This document shows, in pieces, positions 19,927-29,736 of a DNA stretch of 46,442 bases. The position numbers were made by a program, and so were the translations under genes. This DNA comes from an uncultured Lentisphaeraceae bacterium. Lineage in GTDB: Bacteria > Verrucomicrobiota > Kiritimatiellia > RFP12 > UBA1067. The DNA lies in assembly GCA_964557205.1 (NCBI GenBank), contig CAZKZI010000004.1, positions 1 to 46,442 on the forward strand. The letters are read 5' to 3'. The first letter of the stretch is position 1. Every line of letters begins with the position of its first letter. The notes under the pieces are model-generated. The model had not been told where the DNA came from. It was given only the letters and a program-made list of their open reading frames with translations, and ran no database searches.

Positions 19927-20565
19927 ATGTTTACCGGACTGGTGCAGCAGGTGGGTGTTTTGCGGCGGCTGGTGCGGACGGGTGGCGGGTGGTCGCTGGA
20001 GATCTCGCATGAACCGTGGCCGGACAGGTTGGTGCCGGGTGAGAGTGTGGCAGTGCAAGGAGCCTGTTTGAGCGTGACTGAGGAATCAGAAGGTTTTTTC
20101 CGGGCGGATGTGTTGGACGAGACTTTGAGGCGGACCGCTCTGCAGAAACTTGGGGCTGCCTCACGTGTCAACCTTGAACGTGCGCTGGCGGTTGGCGACC
20201 GACTGGGAGGCCACATCGTGGGCGGTCATGTTGACGAGCAGGGGGTTTTGAACGGAATTGAGCCGCGTAGCCGTGATGTGGCCTGGCGCATAGGTTGTTC
20301 GCGCGGATTGGCGCGTCTGATGGTTATGAAGGGGTCTGTGGCGGTTGACGGCGTCAGCCTCACTATTTCTGGCCTGGGTGATGACTGGTTTGAGATAAAT
20401 CTGATACCTCACACGCTGAGCATCACCAGTCTGGGTGACCGCAAGATCGGTGATCCGCTGAACTTGGAGGGGGATATGCTGGGCAAATATGTGGCCCGCA
20501 TATTAGGCAAAGGCAATCATTCAGAGATCACGGATGCGATGTTGTCCGAAAACGGGTTTGTTTGA
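19927..20565 (+). CDS. ribE: Riboflavin synthase (alpha chain)
   Basis: MFTGLV, VNLERAL, GGHIVGGHVD, KGSVAVDGVSLT, IPHT. Confidence 0.96.
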   Translation: MFTGLVQQVGVLRRLVRTGGGWSLEISHEPWPDRLVPGESVAVQGACLSVTEESEGFFRADVLDETLRRTALQKLGAASRVNLERALAVGDRLGGHIVGGHVDEQGVLNGIEPRSRDVAWRIGCSRGLARLMVMKGSVAVDGVSLTISGLGDDWFEINLIPHTLSITSLGDRKIGDPLNLEGDMLGKYVARILGKGNHSEITDAMLSENGFV

Positions 20566-20648
20566 GAAGCGATGATTAGAACCACGGATGGACGCGAATT
20601 AACACGGGATGATTGTTGTTATGCTAGTTAAAAAAAGGGGGAGTAGAT

Positions 20649-22112
20649 ATGAGGGATAAGTGCATTGCGGTGTTGTGTCTGATCTGTACAGCAGGCTTGG
20701 CTTCGGAGACTGACGAGGTTGAAGCCGGACTGTTGCGTGCGGCGCGGTTTTTCCGCGAGGAGGTTTCCACTGAAGGCGGTTACCTGTGGTCTTACAGTGA
20801 TGACCTCGCTTTGCGAGAGGGTGAGGGTGTGGCAGACGTCATGACCGTCTGGGTACAGCCGCCGGGAACCCCGAGTGTCGGATTAGCTTTCCTTAGAGCG
20901 TGGCAAGTCACAGGCGAGAGATACTATCTGGAAGCGGCGCTTGCGGCGGGGCGCTGTCTGGTGCGCGGCCAGATGCGGAGTGGCGGCTGGCAGTATAAAA
21001 TCCATTTTGACGAGAAGCGCCGCAAGGGGTACGATTTACGGATCGAGCCTTCTTCCAGCGAGAAAAAAGTGAGGCGTGACTCGACGCTTGACGACAACAC
21101 CACGCAGGAGGCTTTACGCTTCCTGGTTCTTTTGGACGAAGCATTAAAATTCGAAGATATCGGCATACATGAGGCGGCAGTTTACGGCTTGACGGCCTTG
21201 CTGAAAGTGCAGTTTCCCAACGGTGCTTTTCCACAGACCTTTCAACCGGATGCTGTCTATGACATCAAGGATTGTCCAATTAAGAAAGCGGAGTATCCGC
21301 CAGAGGGTGCCAAACCAACGCATGTCAGCCGCTATCAAGTTTTCTACACGCTTAACGACAACCTCCTGTACGATGTGAACCGGCTGTTATTGGCGGCTCG
21401 TGAAGTTTATACCAACGAAATATACTTGGCCGCAGCCAGAAGGGTAGGGGATTTCATCAAGCTGGCGCAGATGCCGGAACCGCAGCCAGCGTGGGCGCAG
21501 CAATATGATTTCGAAATGCGTCCCTGCTGGGCAAGAAAGTTCGAGCCCGCTTCTGTGACCGGCGGGGAATCGCAGTCGGCGATACGCGCTTTAGCCAAGC
21601 TTTTTATCGTGACGGGGGATGCCGCGTATCTTGAGCCGATACCGCGGGCTGTAGAGTATTTAAAACGTTCGCGCTTGGATGACGGCCGCCTGGCCAGATT
21701 CTACGAGATGCGGACAAACCGGCCTTTGTATTTCACAACCGACTACAAACTGACTTATGAGGATAACGATCTGCCCACACACTACAGTTTCAAGGTGCCG
21801 TTTAGGGTCAACGAGAAAGCGCTGGCGTCGATGGGAACGATGTCAGCCGATGACCGTGAACGAGAGAAGCGTAAGATAAGACAGGGCGGATACCGCGCGT
21901 TGGTGCCGTCTGCAAAAGGCTCAGCAAAAAAAACCCGCCGGATTTTGAAGGATTTGGACGCTAAAGGACGCTGGGTGCGCAATTTGAATATGCGGGCTGC
22001 GAAGGGGGAGAATGTGCGTGGTATTTCATGTGCGGAATTCGTCAGGAACGTGGCGGAGTTATGCGCCTACATCGAGGCGGAGAAGCGCAAAGAGAAGGCA
22101 GATCGGCGATAA
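20649..22112 (+). CDS. Secreted pectate lyase, PL10-like
   Basis: Signal peptide; STLDDNTT, QFPNGAFPQ, TLNDN, WAQQY, ARKFEP. Confidence 0.75.
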   Translation: MRDKCIAVLCLICTAGLASETDEVEAGLLRAARFFREEVSTEGGYLWSYSDDLALREGEGVADVMTVWVQPPGTPSVGLAFLRAWQVTGERYYLEAALAAGRCLVRGQMRSGGWQYKIHFDEKRRKGYDLRIEPSSSEKKVRRDSTLDDNTTQEALRFLVLLDEALKFEDIGIHEAAVYGLTALLKVQFPNGAFPQTFQPDAVYDIKDCPIKKAEYPPEGAKPTHVSRYQVFYTLNDNLLYDVNRLLLAAREVYTNEIYLAAARRVGDFIKLAQMPEPQPAWAQQYDFEMRPCWARKFEPASVTGGESQSAIRALAKLFIVTGDAAYLEPIPRAVEYLKRSRLDDGRLARFYEMRTNRPLYFTTDYKLTYEDNDLPTHYSFKVPFRVNEKALASMGTMSADDREREKRKIRQGGYRALVPSAKGSAKKTRRILKDLDAKGRWVRNLNMRAAKGENVRGISCAEFVRNVAELCAYIEAEKRKEKADRR

Positions 22113-22180
22113 AATTGCGCCAGGTATGTCAGTGATCAATAATGATCATGGAAATGAAAGCTTGTCCAGGAAGAGTAAAC

Positions 22181-23140
22181 ATGAATACGAAAAAAAAGGT
22201 TTTATGTTTGGGTCTGACACCGGTTTTGCAGCGCACGCTGGTTTTTGACAAGCTGGCGCTGGATGATGTGAACCGGGCGCGGATGGTGGTCGAGTCGGCT
22301 GCCGGCAAAGCGCTCAATAACGCCCACGCTTTAGCTGTGCTCGGCACTGCGGCACAGGTCGCGGGGTTCAACGGGGGCCAGAGCGGCCGTAAGGTGGAAG
22401 CTTTCGCGAGGGCATATGGTGTCAGGCGTTGTTTTACTAAAATGCGGGCGTCGACCCGAATCTGCACGACGCTATTAAGCGGGACGGATGGCAGCGCGAC
22501 GGAACTCGTGGAAGAAGCGCCTGATCCAGGAAAATCCGCTATCAAGTTATTCGTGCGGGAAAATCAGCGAAACACAACCCGGGCATCGCTGCTGGCGCTC
22601 AGCGGCACTTTACCGCCTTTTGCTGATGACACATTTTATGTGACGTTCGTGCGCGAGGCGGCCAGATCCGGAATTCCGGTTATGATTGACTCGCACAGGA
22701 CAGCACTCATTAATGTGCTTTTCGAGCGTCCGTTACTGGCAAAACTTAACGCGTATGAGCTGGCTGTGACTTTAGGCGAGCCCATGAATACTGAACTACG
22801 TATTTTGCGTGGCATGCGTGACTTGTACAGCATGGGTGCGAGTAATGTTTTTGTCACGCAGGGACGCGGGCCGGCATATCTGCTTAACAAGGGTGGCATA
22901 TGGCGCTTCGTTCCGCCTGAGGTGTCGCGCCGCTTGAACGCCATCGGCAGCGGCGACTGCACGCTGGCAGGCATCATCCATGCGTATTTACGCAGAAAAA
23001 ACTTTCCCGCCGCGGTACGGTATGGTGTGGCGTGCGGCAGCGCTAACGTCGAAAGTATGATTCCGGCGGATATTGATCCTAAGCGTATTCAAGCTTTATA
23101 CCGGCGGGTCAAGGTCGAAAAGGTTCAACATAAAGCTTAG
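22181..23140 (+). CDS. PfkB-family (1-phosphofructokinase-like) sugar kinase
   Basis: AAGKALN, TRIC.T, KLNAYEL, VTQG, NAIGSGD; ATG 22181 preferred. Confidence 0.85.
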   Translation: MNTKKKVLCLGLTPVLQRTLVFDKLALDDVNRARMVVESAAGKALNNAHALAVLGTAAQVAGFNGGQSGRKVEAFARAYGVRRCFTKMRASTRICTTLLSGTDGSATELVEEAPDPGKSAIKLFVRENQRNTTRASLLALSGTLPPFADDTFYVTFVREAARSGIPVMIDSHRTALINVLFERPLLAKLNAYELAVTLGEPMNTELRILRGMRDLYSMGASNVFVTQGRGPAYLLNKGGIWRFVPPEVSRRLNAIGSGDCTLAGIIHAYLRRKNFPAAVRYGVACGSANVESMIPADIDPKRIQALYRRVKVEKVQHKA

Positions 23141-23152
23141 CGAAGCTGTGCT

Positions 23153-23848
23153 TCAACCATTGTGAAGCACCCCCGTGTCGAGTTCCGGCACAAAGGGACG
23201 GCAGGTCCAGACGCCGTCCGGTGTTTCGGAAAGGGCGGCCCCGTGCAGGAAGCCGACCCAGTTATCGGCGGTGAAAGTCGCGGCATTGAGACCGGTCAGG
23301 AATGCTGCGACAAAGATATCATGGGTGACGTAAATGCCCAAAAGGGTGCTGGTTTGACGTTGCAGCCATTGGGCCAGTTCTGCGGTAGCCTGTCCGACGG
23401 GGCGCGAATAGGGAGCTGTGCCTTTGCGCAGGTATTCCAGCATGAAAGCCATGTAGCCCTGATCACGCATCATCTTCTGGACGGCACGGGAATCCTCATA
23501 ATAAAAACCGTGAACCCCCAACTGTTCGGCATCGTGAATTACAGGATCGGCAAAGCCCATGCCAGCAGCGAAATGTCGTGCGGTTAGTTGGCAGCGCAGC
23601 ATAGGACTAGCGAAAAAGATGGCGTCTTGGAAACCGCGCAGTATAAATCCTGAGTTGTAGGCGATTTCAGCGCCGAAAGCGGTAAGCCCCAAACTGCAAC
23701 CGAAATCAGCGTCGTCAGAACTGATGGGAGGGCGTTCGGCGTGTCTAATCAGCAACGCGGTCCGGTGTCCTTGTGCAAGTGCGAAACGTATTCCGGATAG
23801 ATTGACAGCCTCACGTGATATGCGCATTTTCGTTCGGTTCCGTCGCAT
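23153..23848 (-). CDS. Histidine phosphatase family protein
   Basis: LLIRHAER, ASPMLRCQLTA, VTHD; start ATG 23848 or 23827, just after the efp stop. Confidence 0.8.
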   Translation of the reverse strand: MRRNRTKMRISREAVNLSGIRFALAQGHRTALLIRHAERPPISSDDADFGCSLGLTAFGAEIAYNSGFILRGFQDAIFFASPMLRCQLTARHFAAGMGFADPVIHDAEQLGVHGFYYEDSRAVQKMMRDQGYMAFMLEYLRKGTAPYSRPVGQATAELAQWLQRQTSTLLGIYVTHDIFVAAFLTGLNAATFTADNWVGFLHGAALSETPDGVWTCRPFVPELDTGVLHNG

Positions 23849-23855
23849 GCAAAGA

Positions 23856-24422
23856 TCAGTTGGAACGCGCACGGTCGTTGTACTCTCCAGTGCGGGTGTC
23901 GATGCGGATGATGTCACCTTCGTTAATGAAGAGGGGTACGGCCAGTTCATAACCGCCTTCGACAACGGCCGGTTTAGTGACTTTGCCGGCCGCGGTGTTG
24001 CCCTTTGCGCCCACGTCGCAACTGATGACCTTGCGCTCGACAAGATTGGGCAGTTCCAGCTCAATCACCTCGTTGTTGAAAAAAAGGGCATCCACCGGCA
24101 TGTCGTCCATAAGGAAGAACTTATTGCGCCCGAGCACCTCATCGCTGACGGTTATCTCCTCAAATTCGTCATTGAGAAAAATGTACTGTCCCGCGTTTTC
24201 ATAAGAGAACCGGATTGTACGCTGGAGCAGCTCGGGTTTCTCAAAGCGATCGTTCGACCGGAAACTGCGGGTCATCGTGGATCCACTCAGCATATTTTTT
24301 AATTTACAATTGTAGATAGCCTGGCCTTTGCCGGGTTTACTGAAATCAAAATCAGTAATCAGATAAGGGGATCCGTCGATTTGGATCTTGAGCCCTTTAC
24401 GTAAATCTGATGCAGCAAACAT
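23856..24422 (-). CDS. efp: Elongation factor P (Lys-type loop)
   Basis: ASDLRKG, KPGKGQA loop, KGNTA, KPA, VPLFINEGD.I.IDTRTGEY; GAGGA RBS before ATG 24422. Confidence 0.95.
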   Translation of the reverse strand: MFAASDLRKGLKIQIDGSPYLITDFDFSKPGKGQAIYNCKLKNMLSGSTMTRSFRSNDRFEKPELLQRTIRFSYENAGQYIFLNDEFEEITVSDEVLGRNKFFLMDDMPVDALFFNNEVIELELPNLVERKVISCDVGAKGNTAAGKVTKPAVVEGGYELAVPLFINEGDIIRIDTRTGEYNDRARSN

Positions 24423-24454
24423 GGTATTCCTCTTAGATGTGAAAAAACGTGCGG

Positions 24455-24484
24455 ATTTTAAGCATTGGAATGAAGTTATGTCAA
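24455..24484 (-). promoter_or_regulatory. sigma70 promoter of efp
   Basis: TTGACA-18 nt-TAAAAT on the minus strand. Confidence 0.65.
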
Positions 24485-24606
24485 GTGTTTGAAAAAGCAG
24501 CATATCGGGTTATCAGCTTTGCGGCCGACAACAAACGGTCTTGACTCAATCAGCTTTTACATTGAAAATAGTATATCTTTTTTAAAAGGAAACAGGTGCT
24601 TTTTTT

Positions 24607-25344
24607 ATGCGTGTTAAAGGTGTTATCCCTTCACGGTGGGGTTCGACACGTTTTCCGGGCAAAAGCCTTTTTCCCATTTGCGGGAAACCCTTGGTACAGT
24701 GGGTTGTAGAGGCGGCGCAGCGTTCGCGGTCGCTGGAAGAGGTGATGGTGGCCACCGACGACCTTCGCATCGCCGACGCTATGGCTGGCATTGCACGGGT
24801 GGTTATGACGAGAAGCGACCATCCTTCCGGCACCGACCGGGTGGCGGAGGCGGCTTGCGCGGAAGACGACGATATAATCATCAATATTCAGGGGGACGAG
24901 CCGCTGATCGATCCTGCTTTGATTGACGCGCTGGTAGATCGCATGCGGGAAGATCAAGGTTGGGCGATGGCCACGGCGGCCTGTCCGGTAAAGTCAGCGC
25001 GTGATCTGGGGGCTCGGACGGTGGTCAAGACCGTGTTGGCGCGGGACGGCGGGGCGTTGTACTTTTCGAGGCTGCCTATACCTTGCCGCCGCGACGGAGA
25101 GGCTGATCTGACGTCTGGGCTTTATTTGCGTCATTTGGGCATTTACGCTTACAGGGGCAGTTTTTTGAAGCGGCTGGTAAATGAACCGCCGTGCCTGCTG
25201 GAACAGACCGAATGTCTTGAGCAATTGAGAGCGTTGTATATTGGCGGCCGCATTGCGGTGATCCAGACTGAGTCGCAGGGCGTTGGAGTTGACACGCCTG
25301 AGGATGTTGCGGCGGTTGAGGCCGTTTTGCGCGGCAGGCAATGA
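24607..25344 (+). CDS. kdsB: 3-deoxy-manno-octulosonate cytidylyltransferase
   Basis: IPSRWGSTRFPGK, SGTDR, NIQGDEP, ALYFSR, HLGIYAY, LEQLRAL, GVDTPED. Confidence 0.96.
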   Translation: MRVKGVIPSRWGSTRFPGKSLFPICGKPLVQWVVEAAQRSRSLEEVMVATDDLRIADAMAGIARVVMTRSDHPSGTDRVAEAACAEDDDIIINIQGDEPLIDPALIDALVDRMREDQGWAMATAACPVKSARDLGARTVVKTVLARDGGALYFSRLPIPCRRDGEADLTSGLYLRHLGIYAYRGSFLKRLVNEPPCLLEQTECLEQLRALYIGGRIAVIQTESQGVGVDTPEDVAAVEAVLRGRQ

Positions 25345-25379
25345 TGAGGCTGTAACACTTTTGGCGCTGGAGAATTTTT

Positions 25380-26201
25380 ATGATAAAGATCAAGCGGGTC
25401 AAGGTTGGCGGAGTTATTTTCGGTGGCAAGCGGTTGGCTTTCATTGCGGGGCCATGTGTGATCGAGTCGGCGGAAGGAACAATCGATTTGGCCGCGAAAT
25501 TGGTCGGCCTCGCGAATGAATTGAAGGTCCCGCTGGTTTTCAAGGCATCCTTTGACAAGGCCAACCGCACGTCCTCGGATTCATACCGGGGGCCGGGGCT
25601 GGAGGATGGTTTGGCTATTTTGCGGGAAGTGCGCGACCGTTTCGGAGTGCCGGTTCTGACGGACGTGCATGAGCCGTGGCAGGCTGAATATGCAGCCCGG
25701 GTGGTTGATATCATACAGATACCGGCTTTCTTGTGCCGCCAGACCGACCTGCTGACAGCCGTTGCCGCCACCGGCAAACCCGTGAATGTCAAAAAGGGTC
25801 AGTTCATGGCGCCGGAAGACATGATAAACGTTGTTGAAAAAATTACCCGGACGGGCAACGACAAGATCATACTTACCGAACGCGGCGCCAGTTTCGGGTA
25901 CCGCAATCTGGTCGCGGACATGCGCAGTCTGCTGATAATGCGTGAACTGGGCTATCCGGTGGTTTTTGACGCTACCCACAGTGTGCAGCGTCCTGGCGGG
26001 GCGGGCAAAATGAGCGGAGGCGACGGACGGTGGGCGCCGGCATTGGCACGCGCCGCCGTGGCGACCGGCGTTGACGGAGTTTTTATGGAGACGCATGTGA
26101 ATCCGGCAGAGGCCCTTTCGGACAAGGCTAACGCTGTGGCTTTCAAGGATTTGAAACGTTTGTGGAAAACTTTGGGGGCTATACATGATATGGTGCGCTA
26201 G
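25380..26201 (+). CDS. kdsA: KDO8P synthase
   Basis: [45 protein letters not shown]. Confidence 0.97.
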   Translation: MIKIKRVKVGGVIFGGKRLAFIAGPCVIESAEGTIDLAAKLVGLANELKVPLVFKASFDKANRTSSDSYRGPGLEDGLAILREVRDRFGVPVLTDVHEPWQAEYAARVVDIIQIPAFLCRQTDLLTAVAATGKPVNVKKGQFMAPEDMINVVEKITRTGNDKIILTERGASFGYRNLVADMRSLLIMRELGYPVVFDATHSVQRPGGAGKMSGGDGRWAPALARAAVATGVDGVFMETHVNPAEALSDKANAVAFKDLKRLWKTLGAIHDMVR

Positions 26202-26736
26202 ACGGGAAAATTTGGTCGGCGGGCGCCTGACACTGATGATCTTTTGCCTGTATTTCCACGGGGCTTGGGCTGGGGCTGCAGACAACTCGGAAACGGACCG
26301 TTGGTTTGATCGTCACTCCGATGAAGGTTGGCGGAGGTTGGCGGAGCGCTGGCTACCTGTAAAAGAGTCGATGACATCTCCGGTGGAAAATCTTTTGCTG
26401 CCGCTGGATCACTTCCCAAACGGGCGGATCAAGGCTCAGCTCGCTGCGAAAAGGGCACAGATTTTTGTAGACGGGATCATTTTTGCCGAGGATTTGACGG
26501 TTGAGCTTTTCAATGAGACAGGTCAGTCCAACGGGCGTTTGACGGCAGAGGGGTGCATTTTCGACCGCAGCACTAAACACGGGTATTGTGAGGGGCTGGT
26601 CAGCATGGAAAAAGAGGGCGATCGCTTGAAAGGTCGCGGTATGTACTTTTCTTTTGATGAGCAATTCATTAAAATACTAGGCGAATGTGAAATACGCACG
26701 CGCCGTATCCGTAACAACTTTGGGAGGCTGAGATAA
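26185..26736 (+). CDS. lptC: LptC-like LPS export protein
   Basis: Position between kdsA and lptA; N-terminal hydrophobic segment and beta-jellyroll-like C-terminus; start uncertain. Confidence 0.55.
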   Translation: MIWCARRENLVGGRLTLMIFCLYFHGAWAGAADNSETDRWFDRHSDEGWRRLAERWLPVKESMTSPVENLLLPLDHFPNGRIKAQLAAKRAQIFVDGIIFAEDLTVELFNETGQSNGRLTAEGCIFDRSTKHGYCEGLVSMEKEGDRLKGRGMYFSFDEQFIKILGECEIRTRRIRNNFGRLR

Positions 26737-26737
26737 T

Positions 26738-27283
26738 ATGATGAAGAAGTTTTTGTTGTTGCTGGCCGGACTGTTGGCGATGGTCAGCCATGTGATGTCG
26801 CAGGGTGGGGAAGGTGTTGCCGGACCGGCGGAGGGCGAAAACAGTGTTTTGACAAATGGTGTCGGGCAGGGACGTGAAGCCGTGATTACGGCGGAGCGTA
26901 TTGAGTTCGACAACAAAGAAGGTATAATTCTTTTTGACGAAAACGTTTTTGTGGATGATGCGCAGTTCATCATGCGTTCTGATCGTCTGTTGGTCTTTTT
27001 GGAGGGTACCAATGATGTTCAACAGATTATGGCGGTAGGCAGTGTTGTGATTACCAATGAGAACCGCACAGCCAGTTGCGATAAGGCGGTTTACACTAAG
27101 AAAGACGGTCAGATTGTGATGACCGGGAACGCGCGCCTGATGCGGCAGGGAGAGCAAGGTGGGGAAGTGACCGGCAGGCGCATTGTTTTCTGGTTAGACG
27201 ACGAACGCATGGAAGTGTCCCCGGGGCGGGTGGTGCTTCCGCCGGGCACATTCAAGAAGGCTGAGAAGTCTTTTATGCCCTAG
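26738..27283 (+). CDS. lptA: LPS transport periplasmic protein (OstA/LptA family)
   Basis: Signal peptide; ITAERIEFD, AVGSVVI, A.CDKAVY, MTGNARL, G.RI. Confidence 0.8.
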   Translation: MMKKFLLLLAGLLAMVSHVMSQGGEGVAGPAEGENSVLTNGVGQGREAVITAERIEFDNKEGIILFDENVFVDDAQFIMRSDRLLVFLEGTNDVQQIMAVGSVVITNENRTASCDKAVYTKKDGQIVMTGNARLMRQGEQGGEVTGRRIVFWLDDERMEVSPGRVVLPPGTFKKAEKSFMP

Positions 27284-27344
27284 CTAGTGCAAGGCAATGC
27301 GCAGGTTTGTGTTGATGCAGAACGTTAGATTTCGGGTTTGAGTT

Positions 27345-28103
27345 ATGATGCAAGACATATCGGAAAACAATATGCCGGACCGGCCGGACATACAGGCGGA
27401 AGACCTTGTAAAGCAGTATGGTAACAGGACGGTCGTTGATGGTGTGTCGTTGCATGCCAGTTGCGGCGAGATAGTCGGTTTGCTTGGGCCTAATGGCGCA
27501 GGCAAGACAACCACTTTTTATATGATAGTGGGGTTGGTCAGACCCAATTCCGGTTGCGTCTTTTTCCGCGACGAGGACATCACAAGAAAGCCGGTTTACC
27601 GTAGGGCACGCTTGGGGTTGGGATATTTGGCGCAGGAGGCTTCGGTGTTCCGTAAATTGACGGTAGAGGAGAACGTGCTGGCTATTTTGGAAACCATGGA
27701 GATGACCAAAGCCGCCCGCATGGAAAGGGCAGAGGAACTGCTATCGAGCTTAAATCTGATCAAAGTGGCCCGTCAGCGCGCCTACACGCTGAGCGGAGGC
27801 GAGCGCAGGAAACTGGAAATAGCGAGGGCATTGGTTCGCAAGCCGGCTATATTGATGCTGGATGAGCCTTTCAGCGGTGTTGATCCTCTGGCGGTGCATG
27901 ATATTCAAGAGATCATCAAAGGCTTGCGCAACAGCGGATTGGGAATTATTGTCACAGACCACAATGTACGGGAGACCCTATCAATAGTTGACCGTGCTTA
28001 TCTGGTTTATGACGGTGAGATTTTGTGTGAGGGCACGAGTGATTTTCTTGTTAACGACGAGACCGCCAGGCGTTTATACTTGGGGCACAATTTCAGGATG
28101 TAA
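27345..28103 (+). CDS. lptB: LPS export ABC transporter ATPase
   Basis: GPNGAGKTTTFYMIVGL, YLAQEASVFR, LSGGERR, DEPFSGVDP, TDHNVRETL. Confidence 0.97.
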   Translation: MMQDISENNMPDRPDIQAEDLVKQYGNRTVVDGVSLHASCGEIVGLLGPNGAGKTTTFYMIVGLVRPNSGCVFFRDEDITRKPVYRRARLGLGYLAQEASVFRKLTVEENVLAILETMEMTKAARMERAEELLSSLNLIKVARQRAYTLSGGERRKLEIARALVRKPAILMLDEPFSGVDPLAVHDIQEIIKGLRNSGLGIIVTDHNVRETLSIVDRAYLVYDGEILCEGTSDFLVNDETARRLYLGHNFRM

Positions 28104-28143
28104 GTAAGCAACAGCAAAGTAAAACCAAAGAAAGGATCAGCTT

Positions 28144-28464
28144 ATGTCAATAGAAGTCACCATCCGCCATCTTAATTCGGCACCCGGCCTGAAAGAGTAC
28201 GCCGAGGAACGGGCCAAAAAACTCATAGGCCAGTTTCCGCGGGTTGAGAGCGTGCATGTGATAATCGACGTTCAGCGCCATCTTTATGAGGCTGAGTTCA
28301 TTGTACAGCAGAAGGGTGTGACTGCGGTAGGAGCCAAAGAACATGCCGCCAGCGCCCGGGCGGTTATTGACATTGCCGCTGCCAGGGCAGAGAAACAGTT
28401 GAGAAAGACTATCAGCAAACGTGTTACAGCGCATGTGCGTAAAAATAAAAGCGCGAAAGAATAA
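28144..28464 (+). CDS. hpf: Ribosome hibernation factor (short HPF/RaiA)
   Basis: IEVTIRH...LKEYAEER, AVIDIAAARAEKQLRK; typical position after lptB. Confidence 0.85.
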   Translation: MSIEVTIRHLNSAPGLKEYAEERAKKLIGQFPRVESVHVIIDVQRHLYEAEFIVQQKGVTAVGAKEHAASARAVIDIAAARAEKQLRKTISKRVTAHVRKNKSAKE

Positions 28465-29426
28465 TGGCTTTGAGGCAAAACAGATCTGTGCAGCGTTCGC
28501 CGGTCACGGTGGGCGCTTTTCTGGAGGCCGGGCGTGAACGCTTGGGCTTGGAATTGATAGCTGGGGAAGCCGGACTCGGGCGTGTCATCGGGGAGCCTAC
28601 GGTTCACCGTCCCGGGTTGGCACTTTCTGGTTTTTATGGCCATTTCGCAAAAAAACGGATACAGGTGTTGGGCATGGCCGAGCACGCTTACCTGACATCT
28701 TTGCCGGAGGAGTTGCGCGTACAGCGGATCAATGAGCTTTTCGGGCTTAAAATCCCCTGTATGGTGTTCTCGCGCAATAAACGTGTTTTTCCGGAGGTTC
28801 CAAAAGCGGCGGAGCGCAACAACGTCAGCGTTTTGCGCACGGGCATGGTTACCCGACATTTTATACAGACTGCGACATTCGTGCTTGAGGATCTGCACGC
28901 TCCCCGCTGCAAAGCATATGGCACCATGATGGAGGTCGCCGGTGTTGGAGTTTTTATTGAGGGTGCGCCCGGCATGGGCAAGAGCGAAACGGCGCTGGGA
29001 CTGATCAAAAGGGGTCATGCGCTGGTAGCGGATGATTTGACTTTGTTACGCCAGGACAGTAATGGTAATCTGATGGGGTCGGCGTTATCTGTGACCAGAT
29101 ATTATATGGAGATCCGCGGCATCGGCATCATTCATGTGCCTTCGGTTTTCGGCGTGGCAGCAGTCCGCGGCGAGAAACAGGTGGATATGGTGATAACGCT
29201 CAAGCGGCAAGGTGAAGCTGATGCTGAATTGGATCGCACCGGCATGGACGAGTTACAGCGTGAGTTTCTGGGTGTGTCGGTGCCGCAACTGGTAATACCG
29301 GTGGCGCCTGGAAGGGACTTGGTGAACCTAGTGGAAACGGCGGCTCAAGAGCATAAGCTTCGTCTTTCCGGTTTCGTTGCGGTTCGAGAATTGGATTCAC
29401 GGATCAGGCAGCATCATGCCGTCTGA
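28464..29426 (+). CDS. hprK: HPr(Ser) kinase/phosphorylase
   Basis: HRPGLALSG, RIQVLG, GMGKSETAL, LVADD, MEIRGIGII, PVAPGRDL. Confidence 0.95.
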   Translation: MALRQNRSVQRSPVTVGAFLEAGRERLGLELIAGEAGLGRVIGEPTVHRPGLALSGFYGHFAKKRIQVLGMAEHAYLTSLPEELRVQRINELFGLKIPCMVFSRNKRVFPEVPKAAERNNVSVLRTGMVTRHFIQTATFVLEDLHAPRCKAYGTMMEVAGVGVFIEGAPGMGKSETALGLIKRGHALVADDLTLLRQDSNGNLMGSALSVTRYYMEIRGIGIIHVPSVFGVAAVRGEKQVDMVITLKRQGEADAELDRTGMDELQREFLGVSVPQLVIPVAPGRDLVNLVETAAQEHKLRLSGFVAVRELDSRIRQHHAV

Positions 29427-29439
29427 TGGGGAGTAGATC

Positions 29440-29736
29440 GTGGGACAGTCTGAAACAAATAAAGAAACGCGTGATTTTGTTTTGTTAAACAAATACGGAA
29501 TGCATGTCCGCCCGGCTGGGCTTTTTGCAAAAGTAGCTTCCCGGTATAATGCTGTCGTTGACGTAGAGAAAGACGGCAACATTGTGTCGGGGAAAAGCAT
29601 CATGGCATTAATGACCCTTGAGGCGGTGTGCGGATCGCGGCTTAGAGTGACTGCGTCAGGGCCGCAGGCTCGCGAGGTGTTGGACGATCTAGAGGCTTTG
29701 GCCGCGCGCAAATTCGATATACCTGATGAGCAGTGA
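29440..29736 (+). CDS. ptsH: Phosphocarrier protein HPr
   Basis: GMHVRPA (His15) and SGKSIMALMTL (Ser46). Confidence 0.93.
   Translation: MGQSETNKETRDFVLLNKYGMHVRPAGLFAKVASRYNAVVDVEKDGNIVSGKSIMALMTLEAVCGSRLRVTASGPQAREVLDDLEALAARKFDIPDEQ

Noticed and set aside
23849-24064. N-terminal extension of the histidine phosphatase
   Set aside because: Lies within efp in another frame
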